Part shown: piece after piece, positions 49,581-63,641 of the stretch | Layout: each line of letters opens with the position of its first letter | Position numbering within the stretch: position 1 is the first letter of the stretch | Assembly: GCF_018350175.1 (NCBI RefSeq) | Contig: NC_058368.1 | Coordinates: forward strand, 26,228,001 to 26,292,000 | DNA length: 64,000 nt | Origin: Felis catus | Taxonomy: Eukaryota | Direction of reading: 5' to 3' | Made by a program: the position numbers and the translations under genes | Notes under the pieces: model-generated | Databases searched by the model: none | The model's input: the letters and a program-made list of their open reading frames with translations, nothing else | Told to the model about the DNA's origin: nothing

Positions 49581-52500
49581 CATCATTAATTGATTCTTAA
49601 GATACCAATTTTATTTTTCCTTCACTAAGGAAAAAGAAAGTAATCTAATGAAAGATAAGCTTACAATATTATCGAAAGAATTTCCTATAAAAGCTGAATT
49701 AACTTGAATTGTAACATTTTCTCCCAGCCTACCACAATTCTATGATGGTAAAATAAATGTTATTGAAGGGAAAAAATTCTGGAATCTATTTCTAGATTCT
49801 GATACACTATGAAAATAATTGGCACTTAATAGTGGTTCCACTCTTCAGGCCTTCCAGAACAAACATTAGATTTGTTTCTGACTTTAAAGATAAATATTCA
49901 AGGTAGTTGTGATTTGGCTTTAAGTATAGGTTTGATGACTTTCTGAACTCTCAAATGATTCTGACTTGTGATTGTATCTGGGAAGGGATATTTAGTGATA
50001 ATTTTAGTTTAAGAACATCACAAGAATTTTTAAATTTAGGGTGATGTGTAGTGAATCATTGCTTGTTTGTTTAGCTAGCTCTTCATTTCATTAATTTATC
50101 CTTTCTTTTTTTTCCTCACGCTTTTGTTTCCTACAGGGAGATTAACCACTGTCAGCATTTGTGTTTTCATTCCTCGCTTGAGGACCTCTCCTCTGCACTA
50201 TTCCGATAGGAGGTTGAAAAGGTCGTTTCCATAACATTTAATTTTTTATCTTGATTCAGTTTATTCTTCATATTAGAGAAATTTATCATGGAAAGACTCA
50301 GTTTGCCACTTAACATTGGATGTTCTCGAAGGAAAGTTTAAAAAATCTATCAAAAAACCTTTCTGTAATTTTAGGGGCTGTTTTCCTAGGTTCTAAATAA
50401 TAAACACTCCTGGCAACCTGGCATTTGGTAGCGAGGGAATAAACTAATCACTTCAGTCTTTTGCAATCACTTAAAATACTCATTAACTGTGAGTCATTGT
50501 TTTGAAATAACGTACATTCTAGCTCTTTTTGTTTTTCTTGCTTGAATTGCTTCGTGTTCTTTAGAAGAGTTGGTGGCGGTTTTGAGCTTAGTGTGCATTT
50601 TTATTCTCAAAATTAGGTGGTGCCAAAGCATATTGCTGGACAACAGACTATTCCCATCCAGTCAGATTGGTTGTACATGTCCTTTTGTAGAGTGAAAAGT
50701 ACACTGAAGTATAGAACTTTTTTCTTCTTGCTGAGGTACTGATAAGTTCATTTTGCGAAGTGGATATGTTTGAATTAATAGAGAACTAATTACCTTTGGC
50801 ATCTTAGAAACGTATGAAGTGCTCCTTTGCTAAAGGTAGAACTGCATTTATTTTCTCAGTAAAATTTGTAGTAGTCCTTTGAAAGCAGATAATAACCTTG
50901 ATATTTATTTAACAGTTAAAAGTCAGGCACTATTATCACACTGATTAAAATATATCTGTGTAAAATAGCTTGTTAAATACTTCCTAGAAATTTTAAAGTT
51001 TTAATTATAAGGACTCAGTAATTTTTTCATAAGCAATTTTTATTTAAACACTTTAAGTATGTAGTCTTTTTCTAAGTTAGTAGGATTCTGTACGTTTTCT
51101 AATATAAGCCCTTTTTTTCTTCATGGAAAATGTGACTTAATGAACTCGTGTTTTTTTTAATAATGTCTTTGGAAAGTCATTAAAAACAATCTTGTAATGG
51201 CTATCAGATTTCTAAAAATAATTAACTCCACTTCCACTTTTTATATAAACTAGAGCCATGGTATTTTAGTTGTAAAATTCAGTGCATTAAAAACAAAAAT
51301 CAATAATCACCTTCTAGCAGTCACCTTTGTCCTCTGAACTCTTTGTGTTGGTGGTGGATATAGGACAGTCTGAATAAGGACATTTTATGCACATTTTCTA
51401 ATTAAGTAGTCTAAATTCCAAACCTGTGTTTAAATGTATTAATTTATCTTCACATAGTATAGTTTCTTAATAGGTCTGTAGTATATATTAGCATTGGAAA
51501 ATTTTCATTGCCTTTTCCACTGAGTCCACTAAAAATGTCAGGTTACCTGTAATGAAGAAGAGGTTATGCTAGAAGATTCAACACCTCTTTTGAATTCTTG
51601 GAAATGTATTATATGACATGCAGGCTCTACTAGGAAGGAAGGTATTTATATGTAGATTGTAAACTTATAAATTTTCAATGAAAAATGGAGTACTATTTAT
51701 TGGCTATGCTTTTGAGCATCATCTTATTTTCTATTTAATTTTGGCTTCTTGATTAGGAAAAGGGCCAAATTTGTTACATAAATTGTTTTTTTATTGCTCA
51801 CCTCAATAACTCCTAAGTATTTTTTTTTTTTTTTTTGGCTCACCCCTAATGTAAGTATATATTTTGAGTGTGCAATTCTGAGAGTTTTTGTTTGTTTGTT
51901 TTTAGATTACTCTCAACATTTCAGTACAAGTCACAAAATGGTGGGGATTTTCTAAAAACATTTGTCTTTAAAATTCCTTTCTCATAGGAAGTTACTGTAG
52001 AAAAGCAGTCACCGTCTCATGAACTGTTAATAACTTTCCCTTTACATTGAAGGTACAGGTGTGGTGTGTTTATTGTTTTGAAGATTCTGCTTTGTCATTA
52101 CAAAAAAGGTCAGCAAATTTTGAATGTTTTTATTTCTGTGAAAGAGAAGTCCATAGTCCATCTCTTAAGTTTAACAGCTCCTAAGTTCTTTATGATAGAT
52201 AACTAGTGGACTGTATAGGGGAAAATAAAATAATTTTTAGCTGCTCCCTATCTCATGAAATATCCTAATGATTCTTCATTTTAAAGGTCCTTTTTTTTTT
52301 TTTTTTTTTTTTAAATTAACCACACAGATGATAACCCTGGAACATTAAGTGCACACTTCTTATTTCAGCATTTTTGCTGCAGTAGCTTGCCTGTGACTGA
52401 CTGGTTGAGTGATTTTCACCTGAGTTGCTGTCTTTGTAAATTTGTCGGAGAATCCCTTTTCTAGTTAAAACAGCTGTTCCATCAGAAGTTACACACGATT

Positions 52501-55245
52501 TATTAAAGAAAAAATTTGCTATTGAGATTACATGTTATCCAGTAAAACTTTTCTTGAATTCTTAACATATACATACAAAATGTTTTATTTTGAAAGTGGA
52601 ATCTAGCAAGTACCATAGTCTGAGACATGTAAGGTGTGTGTCTTTTATCTTCTATCCAACATTTCCTACTATATAATTTGCTCCAGTCCTTCTTTCTTCA
52701 TATATTAAGCAATTTTTCCTATAATTCTTCCGATAATATTTAGTGATTAAGGATTGCATTTTGTCACTATGCTTTTTTTTCTTTGTAATCCTTTACCCAT
52801 TTTACCATAGGAGGAACAGCAAGTCTTTCCCATGTAACATAACTTTATTTGTTAGGACTGTTTAATGAGTGCTGTAAATGTTGAAAGAATTGGGTTGAGT
52901 ATTGCATGGCTTTAAACGGGTCTTTAAAAAATACAGATGTTTGTGTTTATGTTCTGGATGTTTAAGTTTTAGATGTCTTGTTAGTGATTCCTATTCTCTT
53001 AAATTATAGCACAGTATATTCTTATTAGGACTGTGATTGTTGGTTTTGGTAGTGGGTACAAATCTATATTTCATGTGGAATTCTTGATAGTTTTGCAGGT
53101 TCTTTTTTCATAGATCTGATTAGCGTGATTGCATTTATCAACTGGTGCGGTGAATAAGGTGTTCATGCTGGGAGAAGTGTTTTGGCTCTACCATTTTCCT
53201 TTTATGTGCTTGTGTTTGCATTGTTAGTATCATTCCAGTTCTAAATTTCTTCGCAGGAATATAGCAAAGCCTTTTCTCCATTTGGTGTGGGTTATTTTGT
53301 TTAAAACAATATAAAATAACTCATTTAATCAGATGCCCATAAGCCTCAGTAGAATTTAAAACATGGAAAATGACAAGAAAGAGTCGAAGGAATACTGAAA
53401 TTCCTGTACCTTTGTAGCACTGCCACTGAGGAAGCCTTGTGTGGAACACACCTTGGACTTTGTAGTTGATGGAGACCATCTGACCGAGGGATAGACTAAG
53501 TATGCAGTGTCAGTTTGCATGCTAAATATCAGCAGGGTGCAGCATCTTTCTGAAGTTTTTGATTTAAGAAAAAAATTTAAGAGTTTTTCCTGCACCAAAT
53601 AGATGGTCTTTTACCCTCTAATTTGAAATTTACTGGTTTAGACTATGGTTAAAAAAACCTCTTTTTCATAGTCCTTGAAAATTAAAATAATTCGCATGTC
53701 ATTTAAAATTCCAGCCTTATGAAACGGTTCACAATTTTTCCATCACCTTAAATTTCCTTAATTTTTTTTTAATTTCCGAGGGTATCAAACCTTCTGAATT
53801 AAACCACCGTGCAATCTTAGGCAAATATTAAAACAAAGTTTGATGAAAGTGATAACCTACATCCATGCTACTATAACTAGGACTGTATGAATAAAGTAAG
53901 CAATCTATTTTTAACTTTACCCTTTTTAGGGGGATGAGACAATTTGTTTATTAGAAATACTCTTTGTGGATTTACATATGTAATTTGTTTACCTCCACTT
54001 TGAAATAGCATATTCATTTTCTTCTGGAGACTTTTAACTTTTTTCACTGAAACTTTTGAGCATGAAGATGTATTCTTGATTTACCTAATTTGTGAACATT
54101 TAAAGTAAGAGTATTATTACGCTGGAAAATACTTTAAAATGCTCAGGTTTTGATAGATTAAAAGGAATAATGTTCCCACACATTTTGACTTTGAAAATTT
54201 AATGATTGCTTTCTGTTATCGATGTGACTTAGAAATTGTAGGGGCTAATAATTTTTTCCAAGAAATTTTCTAATTTATGCTCACTTAATTTTTCTACAAC
54301 TCTTACTAATATTTTAGGAGGAAGTAATTATATATACACCTATATTTATTTGTGAATACCCACAAACGTGCATACATACACTTCGTATATGTGTGTGTAT
54401 ATAAACACTTTGTTGATCTCTGACCAGGGAGAGCATGCTAGATCACATAGCTGTAATTCTAGATTGCTTTTTTAGAATTGGTGCCATGTTCTAGAGCTAA
54501 GAGGTCAGGAGGTAGAAGGAAGAAGGGGTGACTGACAACTGGAAAGATCTGGGGAAATGACTGCTGTCCCTTTCTTCATTAGTAGTAACCAGTCTGCTTT
54601 TGCTGAAATGTCTTATGTTTGCTTTTAAGAAGCTCCTGTTGTTAATAGTGTTGCTGTTTCCAGAAGTAGAAGGGAGAAGGAAGGGAATTATAGAGGCAAA
54701 ACTTGACTTTTAAAATCCTGTCTTTGAGGGGAGAAATTTCAAGTGCCTGGATTTCATCTTTTCTATTTAGTGTACTTTTGATGCGGTGTTTTTTAAGGTG
54801 TCCCTTTCTACATTTTGCTGCATTTAACAAACATAAATAGTATGTCACTTGCAATATTAATTTTTCTCATTATAAGTAAGGAAGAATGTTTCATTACTGG
54901 TATAATGCAGTTACTGGGTATATTTTGAAGGTGACCTAGGTGTGTTTGATGCATTGGGATGTCCTGGGTTTTTCTGTCGACTGGCTACATAGCTAGTTTC
55001 CATTAGCTGTGATACCCATGTTACCATTTGGAGCTTGAATCCATGCCTTCAGGAACTTTTATCAAGAGACTCAGATTATTAAGAGGTGTTTTGTTTTGTT
55101 TTATTTTAAGTAGAGTCATCAGAATTAAGAAAGAAGTCACCCATAGTGGAGGGGAAACAGGAAGAGAGAGTGCCCCTCATCATTCAGCATCAATTTCTAG
55201 TGCCCCCAGATTCCCAAGCACGTTAATGATGTTTAACAAGAAAAC

Positions 55246-55459
55246 TTTTTTTTTTTTTTAAAGTTTATTTTGAGAGAGAGTGTGAGTTGGGGAGGTGCAG
55301 AGAGAGAGGAAGAGAGAAATCCCAAGCAGGCTCTGGTGGTGGCACTCGACGTGGGACTTGAACCCACAAACCATGGCTTGAACTCACAAATCATGAGATC
55401 ATGATCTGAGTGGAAACCAAGAGTCAGAGGCTTAACTGACTGAGCCACCCAGGCCCCCC
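55246..55459 (-). mobile_element. Can-SINE
   Basis: Typical body with a duplicated ggcttgaactcacaa-like segment; TSD aacaagaaaactttt / aacaagataactttt. Confidence 0.93.
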
Positions 55460-55479
55460 AACAAGATAACTTTTATCTT

Positions 55480-55895
55480 ATTTTTTTATTTAAATCCAAG
55501 TTAGTTTACATATAGTGTAATTATGATTTCAGGAGTAGAATTTAATAATTCATCATCACTTACATATAACACCCAGTCATCCTCCCAACAAGTGTCTTCC
55601 TTAATGCCCATCACCCATTTAGCCCTTCCTCCCACCCAACAACCCACCAGCAACCCTCTGTTTGTTTTCTGTAGTTAAGAGTCTCTTATAGTTTGTCTCC
55701 CTCTCTGTTTTTATCTTATCTTTCCTTCCCTTCCCCTATGTTCCTATGTTTTGTTTCTTAAATTCCACATATGAGTGAAATCATATGATATCTGTGTTTC
55801 TCTGACTTATTTCACATAGCATAATACATTCTAGTTCCACCCATGTTGTTGCAAATGGGCAGATTTCATTCTTTTTGGTCACCGAGTAATACTCC

Positions 55896-55934
<39 letters not shown>

Positions 55935-56325
55935 CACATCTTCCGTATCCATTTATCCTTTGATGGACATTTGGGGTCTTTCCATACTTTGGCTATTGTC
56001 GATAGTGCTGCTATAAACATTGGGGTGCATGTGCCCCTTCGAATCAGCATTTTTGTATCCGTTGGATTTACCTAGTAGTGCAATTACTGGGTCATAGGGT
56101 GGTTCTATTTTTAATTTCTTGAGGAACCTCCATACTGTTTTCCGGAGTGGCTGCACCAATTTGCATTCCCACCAGCAGTGCAAAAGTGTTCCTCTTTCTT
56201 CACATCCTCACCAACATCTGTTGTTGCCTGAGTTGTTAATGTTAGCCATTCAGACAGGTGTGAGGTGGTATCGCATTGCGGTTTTGATTTGTATTTCCTT
56301 GATGAAGAGTGATGTTGAGCATCTT
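55480..56325 (-). mobile_element. 5'-truncated carnivore L1 (ORF2 Cys-rich C-terminus plus 3'UTR), with (TG)n at 55898-55932
   Basis: Minus-strand translation [37 protein letters not shown] is the L1 ORF2p C-terminal signature; frameshifted afterwards. Confidence 0.95.
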
Positions 56326-56551
56326 AAAACCTTTTTTTTTTTTTTTAATAGTGTGGATACTGTTGTTCTGCAGGTAAAGTAACACATTACTCTAGGATAC
56401 TCTAGGATAACACAGCTTAGCTAAAACATTTAGAAACTACTTTTGGAAAATGGGATTATGTTTATATTAAAATCAACTTCAATTTCAGTTTCAACCATTC
56501 CTTTCAAAGTACTATAGAGGGCAACATGAAGAGGTTTATCTGCTCTCAGAA

Positions 56552-56792
56552 ATAGTATACATTGATTTTATTCATATAGTATACATAGGTATTTTATTTT
56601 ATATTTTATATTTATTATTATATATTATATTATATTGTATATATAATATAATATATAATAATATATAATATACATATATAATATATATAATATATATATT
56701 TTTATAAATATATATATTTACATATATAAATATATATTCTTATATTTTATATTATATTTTATTCATATAGTATACGTAGGATTTTATTCATA
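56552..56792. repeat. AT-rich low-complexity tract inside a 24-25-bp minisatellite
   Basis: atagtatac..g.attttattcat-like unit three times, with about 170 nt of almost pure A/T between copies 2 and 3. Confidence 0.9.
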
Positions 56793-56849
56793 CTGATATC
56801 CTTATTTTTCCCCTCTGTGAAATTATTGCACATTTGAAATGAAGAAGCT

Positions 56850-57950
56850 TTGTTTATTTTAAAGATTTTTAATAGGTTTAAAAATAGTACATATTGCGAA
56901 GTATTGCTCTTATCTCTGTTCCATATTCACCCAGTGGTATCTACCTTCCTTACGCAGCTCTAAGCAGCCACTATTAAGTTCTTTATTGTTCTTTCAGACA
57001 TTCTATATACATATTAAAGCAATTCAGAATTTATATTCTTATTTTTTCCACTTTTTAAAACTTTATGCAAAAGGTAGCACATTATACACACTGTTTTGTC
57101 CCTTTTTTCATACAATAAATAGACTATTTCCTCATTCTTTTTTTTTTAACAATTGCATAATACTGCATTATATGGGTGGACTGTATTTTACTTACCCAGT
57201 CTCTAATTACTGTATTTTTAGGTTTTTTCCTCTTTTGCTAATATTGTGATGAGTAACCTTGTACATTTCCTATCTGCATAATTATATTCATAAGTAAAAT
57301 TCCCAAGAGTAGACTTGCAGTATCAAAGTGTATTTGTAATTTTGAGGAAAATTGTCAAGTTTCCAACCATGAGATTTGTGCCAATTTATGCTCCCACTAG
57401 CAATGGGTGAGAGTGAGTGCATTTTTCCCTCCTGGCTTGTCTTTAGAGTATACAATTGAATTTCTGGATTTTGCCCATCTGTAAGGTGAAAATTGTATCC
57501 CGGAGTAGTTTTTATTTGCATATTTCTTATGAGTAACTTTAGGCTTTTCATATTTATTTCCATGTACTACCAGTTCATATTTTTTGCCCATTTCTGTTGA
57601 GTTTTTGTTGCTGTTAGTCTTTTGTGATAAGAGGGAGTAGCCAGTATTTTTCCCAGTTTGACATTTGTTTTTTGATTTTGTGTGTGTGTGTGTATATATT
57701 GCCATTGCAGAGGTTTTTGATTTTTATGGAATCAAATTCATCGAAGTTTCCATTTATGACTAAAATTTTGAGTCAGAAAGACCTCTCTTCTCCAAAGGTA
57801 TGAAGAAATTATATTTTCTTTAACTATTAGTTTCATTTTTTCTATATGCATCTTTGACTCCTTTGGAGTTTATTTTAGTTCACTAAGTAGATCCAACTTT
57901 ATCTTTTTGCAGATAGCTCCTGTTGATCTGACAACATTTAATGAGTATAT
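56850..57950 (-). mobile_element. Old L1 (L1ME-like) 3' region
   Basis: tttgtgccaatttatgctcccactagcaatg, gtagtttttatttgcatatttcttatgag, ttttgcccatttctgttg. Confidence 0.75.
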
Positions 57951-58829
57951 TTTCTTTAGATGATCAGCTCATACTCAGCAGGAGTTTAATTAGAATATCC
58001 TTTAATGTTTTGAATCTAAGGACAGTAAATAAAAGATGGGTAATAGGAGAGGTAGCATTTTTCTGTATTTAGTTCTCTTCTTAATTGAGTTACCAAACTT
58101 GTAATGATCTATAGGTACCCACATGTAGAAAGGAAAATTTCCACAACTTTTCTACTACATTTGCTAGAGTTTAGTGTAGGTCACTATCAAGGTTTGTCTC
58201 TCAAAACTCAAAACTGTGTTGTCCATACGTACTTAAGTAACTTGTCTTCTGAGTTCTCTCCCCACAAAGACCTTAAGTAGTTAACTTTGAGAGCAAACTT
58301 AGAAGGAGAAGGTGGTAGAGAGAAGATACTCTACCATGGTTCAGCATAGCACTGACTGGTATTGCTTATGGTGACATATAGTTGGATATGTCTCCTCTGT
58401 TTGCTGTTAGGATTTCCAATGGTTGTTGCAAATTCTGAATCAAAAGAAAAAGAAAAAAAAGAACCATCAGATTTTATAAGCTGATTTCTGTTTTAGTCAA
58501 TTCACATTATTTCAGGAGTGTTTTCTATTAAATAGTTCATTCTATCTTGTTAGTCTATTCCTAATCCATTTATCTTCATGTTTTCAAGGATGAAAGTCAC
58601 TGATATTTGTGTTTTTTGTATATGGTACAAGAAAAGATCTGACAAAACCCATCATTTCTTTCAGTGAGATTGAAATGAATTGATACTATACTGATCACAA
58701 AAAGCATCTATATATATTTGAAAAAGTGAGTAGGTTCATGTTTGAAGATACAGAGCCCAGGGTTTCCTATTTATCAATCACCTTTTAGATCCTTTACACT
58801 AAATCATTTAGACTGAGTCCTACATGCAG

Positions 58830-59560
58830 TAAAGCAAAATGGTATGGGAGAGGCAGTCCCTTCTCTCATGCAGGAGCTGACTTAATAGGGGAGACAGCCA
58901 TTACAGAACATTTCAGAGGTGTGAGGAGAGGTGAGGTAGGGGATTACTGTGTGATTGGTCACAGTTAAACCTAACCTGGTCTGGAAGAGCAGGGAAGGCC
59001 AGCCCGAGGAGGTGACTTTTAAGCTGATCCCTGAAGAGGATCCATGAGATAGGACTGGAGGCCAGAAAATCAAGTAGGAGGCAATTTCAGGATGTAGCCA
59101 AGAGCGAATGTGGGTCTGAACTAGGTCAGAGGCTTTAGAGATAGGAATGAAGAGACAGATTTGAGATAGACTTAGGAATTCCTGCCTCGTTAATTGATGG
59201 ATGTGGGTGTAGGCAAGAGATAAATTAAGAATAACTTGTTTTTCTAGGTGGAAAGTGATTCTGTCTCACAGAAATAGGAAATACAGGAGGAACAGGTTTT
59301 CAGAGGGAAGACTAAATCACTTGTAAGCATGTTGAGTTTGAAACAAATACCCAAGTAGAGATGCCTAGTGAGCATGCAAATTTGAGCCTGGAAATTGGGA
59401 TAAAATTCTGAAATGAGGAGATTGACTTGGAAGCTGTTATCCTCAGGTTGATAAACAAAGATAAGGGAGTAGAGGTGATGACCTAGGAAGTGTGTGTAAA
59501 ATAAGAGCAGGGAGTTCAAGGAAGAGCTTTTGGGAACATCAGCATTTAAGGGATGTGAAG
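58830..59560 (-). mobile_element. L2 LINE fragment
   Basis: cagggaaggcc...gaggaggtgacttttaagctga, gacagatttgagatagacttagga, gcatgttgagtttgaa. Confidence 0.7.
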
Positions 59561-61399
59561 ATTCTCATAACGGCCTTTGATTGGGCCGTTTCTCCTTCCC
59601 TGAATGCTACCCAGCTTCTTCACCTAACCAAACCTAATCAGTCCTTCAGCAGTGAAATTAAAACCTATTTTTTATCACAAAACCATTTCTACCACTTTCT
59701 CTAGAATTTAGGGGAAAAAAAAGATATTTATTGTTTGTAGCATTTATTTTTAGTCAATCAAATACTACTACATAGAATCCCAGCTTTTTGACTTAACTGG
59801 TTCCTGAATGTTTAAAAAGTGTGTGTGTGTGTATTTTTTTTTTCTTTTTGGAAAGCTGTCATTTGGATGGGTGGGTGTTTTTAGATTGTTATACTGAGCA
59901 CCTACTTATATGTCAACTAATTAGGTGCTAGATGTTAGAGATCAAGAAATACAATATATCTCCTGATCTGATGGTGTCAGTAGCTTAGTGTGGAAAATAA
60001 GACAACTGGGCGGATGTTTTATGAAGTTCATAATTTCCCTTATTCTCTCCTCCTAAATGTAAATTTGAACTAATTTGTTGCTGCATTAACCTTATTTCTC
60101 CCCCCAACTATTAGAGTGACATATACTCACCTGTAGAAAAACAGAAAAATCTTGGGCATAGATTGTTGTTCAAGTTGTTTGAAAATATTTGAAGTTATAC
60201 CTGGTTACACATACATTTCTATAGTTGTTTTTTTTTTTTTAACTTAGTGTTTCCCCACATTATCATAAGTTCTTCAGAAATATTTTTACTTGCTATATAA
60301 AAACATTATGTGGCTGAATCAGAGTTTCCTTATTTTCATTGCCAGACATTCATTTCATGTTTTTCACTGTTTCCTTATAAATAGAGATTTAATGAACATT
60401 CATGTTTGTTCATTCATCTTTTTATGCATTTAGGATTGTTTCCTAGGGTTAATTCGCAGATATAAAATTACTGGGCAAGAGTACACACACTTTTGTGACT
60501 CCTAATAAATACTGGCAAATTGCTTTTCAGAAGGGCCTTGACTATATTTGCACTAGCAATATATGAGAGTACTCAGGATATTATCTTTTACTAAATTTGC
60601 TAATTTTCTAATTTTATGGGTAAAAATAGCACCTGGTTTTAATGTGAATCTTTGATTATTAATGATAAACATGTTAAAACTAATTGCATTTCTTCTTTTG
60701 ATGTCTTCTCCCCCTTTAGTTCTAGTAACTAATTTAGTGAACAGTTGCATATTCTTACTGATTTAATAGACTTAGATCATATCCTTAGCTTTTATCATTT
60801 TCATGACCAGGAGGTCTAGTTGTTTTTTTGTTTTGTTTTTTGTCTTAAAAGTGCATTAAAACCTTCCTACTCCTCCCCGCTTCCTTTTTTTAAAACTATG
60901 GTAAACTACCCATCTTAACCATTTTTAAGGGTACAGTTCAGTGGCATTAAGTGCATTCACTTTGTGGGACAACCATCACCACCACCTTACCCTCTTCGTC
61001 ATTTTGATTAGTCCTGCAGCATAACAGTGTTGGCTTTGAGATTCACCAGTGTTACCTGTGGCATTCCTACCGTTAGTGAGCCATTATTTTGGTTAATATT
61101 TTAAAAATAATTTTGTGGAGATTTGTTGGTTTGTCTAAGCATAGAATCACACTGTCTGGGTGCCATAGTTGAGATTTCAGTTTATATTGGCTCTTGGGTT
61201 GTTATTAATAATTTAGGGTCCCTCATTCAATATTATGGCTTATTGGCATTCATGTCTATTTTCCCTAAACTTACTGTTTTGTTCTACACGATGGATGCTC
61301 ATCTGCTATTTCATCTTCTCACACGGCCTCATGTGATATTTACACAGTGTGTCGTTGTTCTTTTTGACTACTTCACTCAGAAATTTTGTCTGTGAGGAT

Positions 61400-61810
61400 A
61401 GGTCTCTGTGTCTGTCTGTGTCCTTATGTGCTGGCAGAGGGCACAGGAAGGTGGGAGGAGGGCACAGGGTGTGGGGTGGGAGGAGTGTGACTTATTCAGA
61501 AAACCGAAGGGACACAGGGTGGCTGGGCACAAGGAGCCAGGGGACCGTGGTATGAGGTGGGATTGCAGGGGTAAGCAGGGGCAGGTACTGTAGTGCCCTG
61601 TGGTAGCTAAATTCCTACAGCACTGAGACTAGAACTCCATTAAAGGCTGTGAATGGGAGCTGGAAACAGTCTAATATGTATATGTGTGTATATAATTTTT
61701 TTTTTTTTTTAAGATCATCCTGGCTGCTGGGTTGGGGAACTGGATTATAGAGGAAAAAGAATAGAAGCAGGGTGATGTGTTGGGAAGCTGTTTCTGTTAT
61801 CCCGGGGGCA
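61400..61810 (-). mobile_element. L2 LINE fragment
   Basis: gggtggctgggcac...atgaggtggga, tttaagatcatcctggctgctgggttggggaactggattatag. Confidence 0.6.
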
Positions 61811-63438
61811 CTGCTATACTGATTTTCTCTCTTTCTTTTCATTACTAAATGCACATATTGTGGCCATCTGTGGCACAACTGAAGATAACTGGCCAGGTTT
61901 ATTCCATGGAAAAGTGAAACTTATAAGAACAAATGAGCATCTGGAGTGCTGGGTTCATTAATATCCTATTGTAACCAAGCTAACTAACCCCAGGCTAAAT
62001 ATAGTAAATCTCAACAATTCACTGTCGACTATCATTGAACATCCCTGTGAGGTTAAATGAGCTTTAATGATAAAGGACATAGTGAATTCAGAAAGATACT
62101 CATATTCCTATTTTATATATGAAGAACAGGAAGTACAGTCATTAATAGTACCAAAATAAAAAAGCAAAGCATCTGTCGGTTTCTTTTAAATGCAAGCACC
62201 ATTTTGTCACCATCGTGCTTTTTGTTTAATTCCTTCCAAATCTCTTATAACTTCAGGGTGTAAATGAAATTAGAGAGTTATATGCACATTTTTGGTATTT
62301 ATTATTTTTGTGTCCCAAATTAAAGGTTGTGTAATTGCTCTGGGAATCTGCCTCTGATTCCCCACGCCTGGGAAAAGGCCCGTCTTACGTGCTCTGATGG
62401 TACCTTATACCTTCCTCTGTGTTAACCATCTACTTGTGCTGAATCCTGTGGCTCTGAGGGCAGCGATCAAAACTGGGGAGAATGAAGGCAAGGGCAGGAC
62501 ACAATTAGGGGGACAACCTGGCAGGGACTTGAGGCAAGTCTGAAACTTCTGTGAAGTCCTGTGACTCTTCTGTTTCATGCCACAGTACAGTTTTGTTTCA
62601 ATAGGAAATAGTATTTTAAATTACCTAACATCGAACACAGTTGACATTACAGGGAGCTGCAAGTGTGGCTTTCTCTACTTTCAGCATACTGTTATCTTCT
62701 CCAGGGTGAGGAGTTACGGTTCTGTAGTATTTTGTATACTTTAAGTTACTTCCTTTTGTTGGCTTTAGGGGATAACATCAGTGTCTGTGTGATTCACCTT
62801 TGTAAGGTTTTTAAAGATCCTGTATTTACTATGAGCGCAAAATGTTGAAAAGGATTCAGATCCTTAGTTCTCCAGGATAACGGATGCTCTGACTCCTTTC
62901 CTTCTTCGACCTGGCTAAGCTTCCTCTTACACTGCTTTTGAGCCTTGCTTATTTCGACACTGCACTGCTCTAGTTTTCTTTCTGCTGTTTTTATCTCCTT
63001 TCTTGGTTATTTACCCTTGCTCCCTTGAGCTGGGTGTGGGTATGTAAAAGTCATCTCCTTAGTTCTATTTCTTTCTGTCAACTTCCTGCTGAAGCATTTG
63101 CCATAGTTCTTCACCTCCACACTCTACAGAGGACTCCAAATCCTTACCTTCAACCTTGGACCTTGTTCCCATCTCCCTGTCCTATGGAGCTAACTTTGCC
63201 TCAGATTTTGTTGGAGCTCCTTCTAAGTGCGTAGCTTCTATGAATGATTGCCCCGGCGTTTCCATCATCTTTGCTCTAAAGCGTAGTCACCTTTGCGTCC
63301 ACTTTCCTATATATCACCACCACAGCCCCAGGTGATAACCGCTTCTTTGGACTGTTTGTGGGAGACACCATATGGACCGTTGGGCATCCAATAACCATCC
63401 CAGTCATGCAATTAGTCTTATTAAAACATTCGTTCTCA

Positions 63439-63641
63439 GGGAGGCTGGGTGGCTCAGTTGGTTACGTGGCCGACTTTGGCTCAGGCCATGATCTCACTGT
63501 TCGTGGGTTCGAGCCCCGCGTCAGGCTCTGTGCTGACAGCCTAGAGCCTGGAGCCTGCTTTGGATTCTGTCTCCTGTCTCTGCCCCTCCCCTGCTCATTC
63601 CCTTTCTCTTTCTCTCTCTCAAAAATAAACATTAAAAAAAA
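63439..63641 (+). mobile_element. Full-length felid-type Can-SINE
   Basis: gggaggctgggtggctcagttggtta...gggttcgagccccgcgtcaggctctgtgctgacagc...ctctcaaaaataaac; imperfect TSD ttaaaacattcgttctca / ttaaaaattctctctca. Confidence 0.93.

Noticed and set aside
55953..56382. Protein-like ORFs with HCWWECK
   Set aside because: Frameshifted remnant of a 5'-truncated L1 ORF2; not a host gene.
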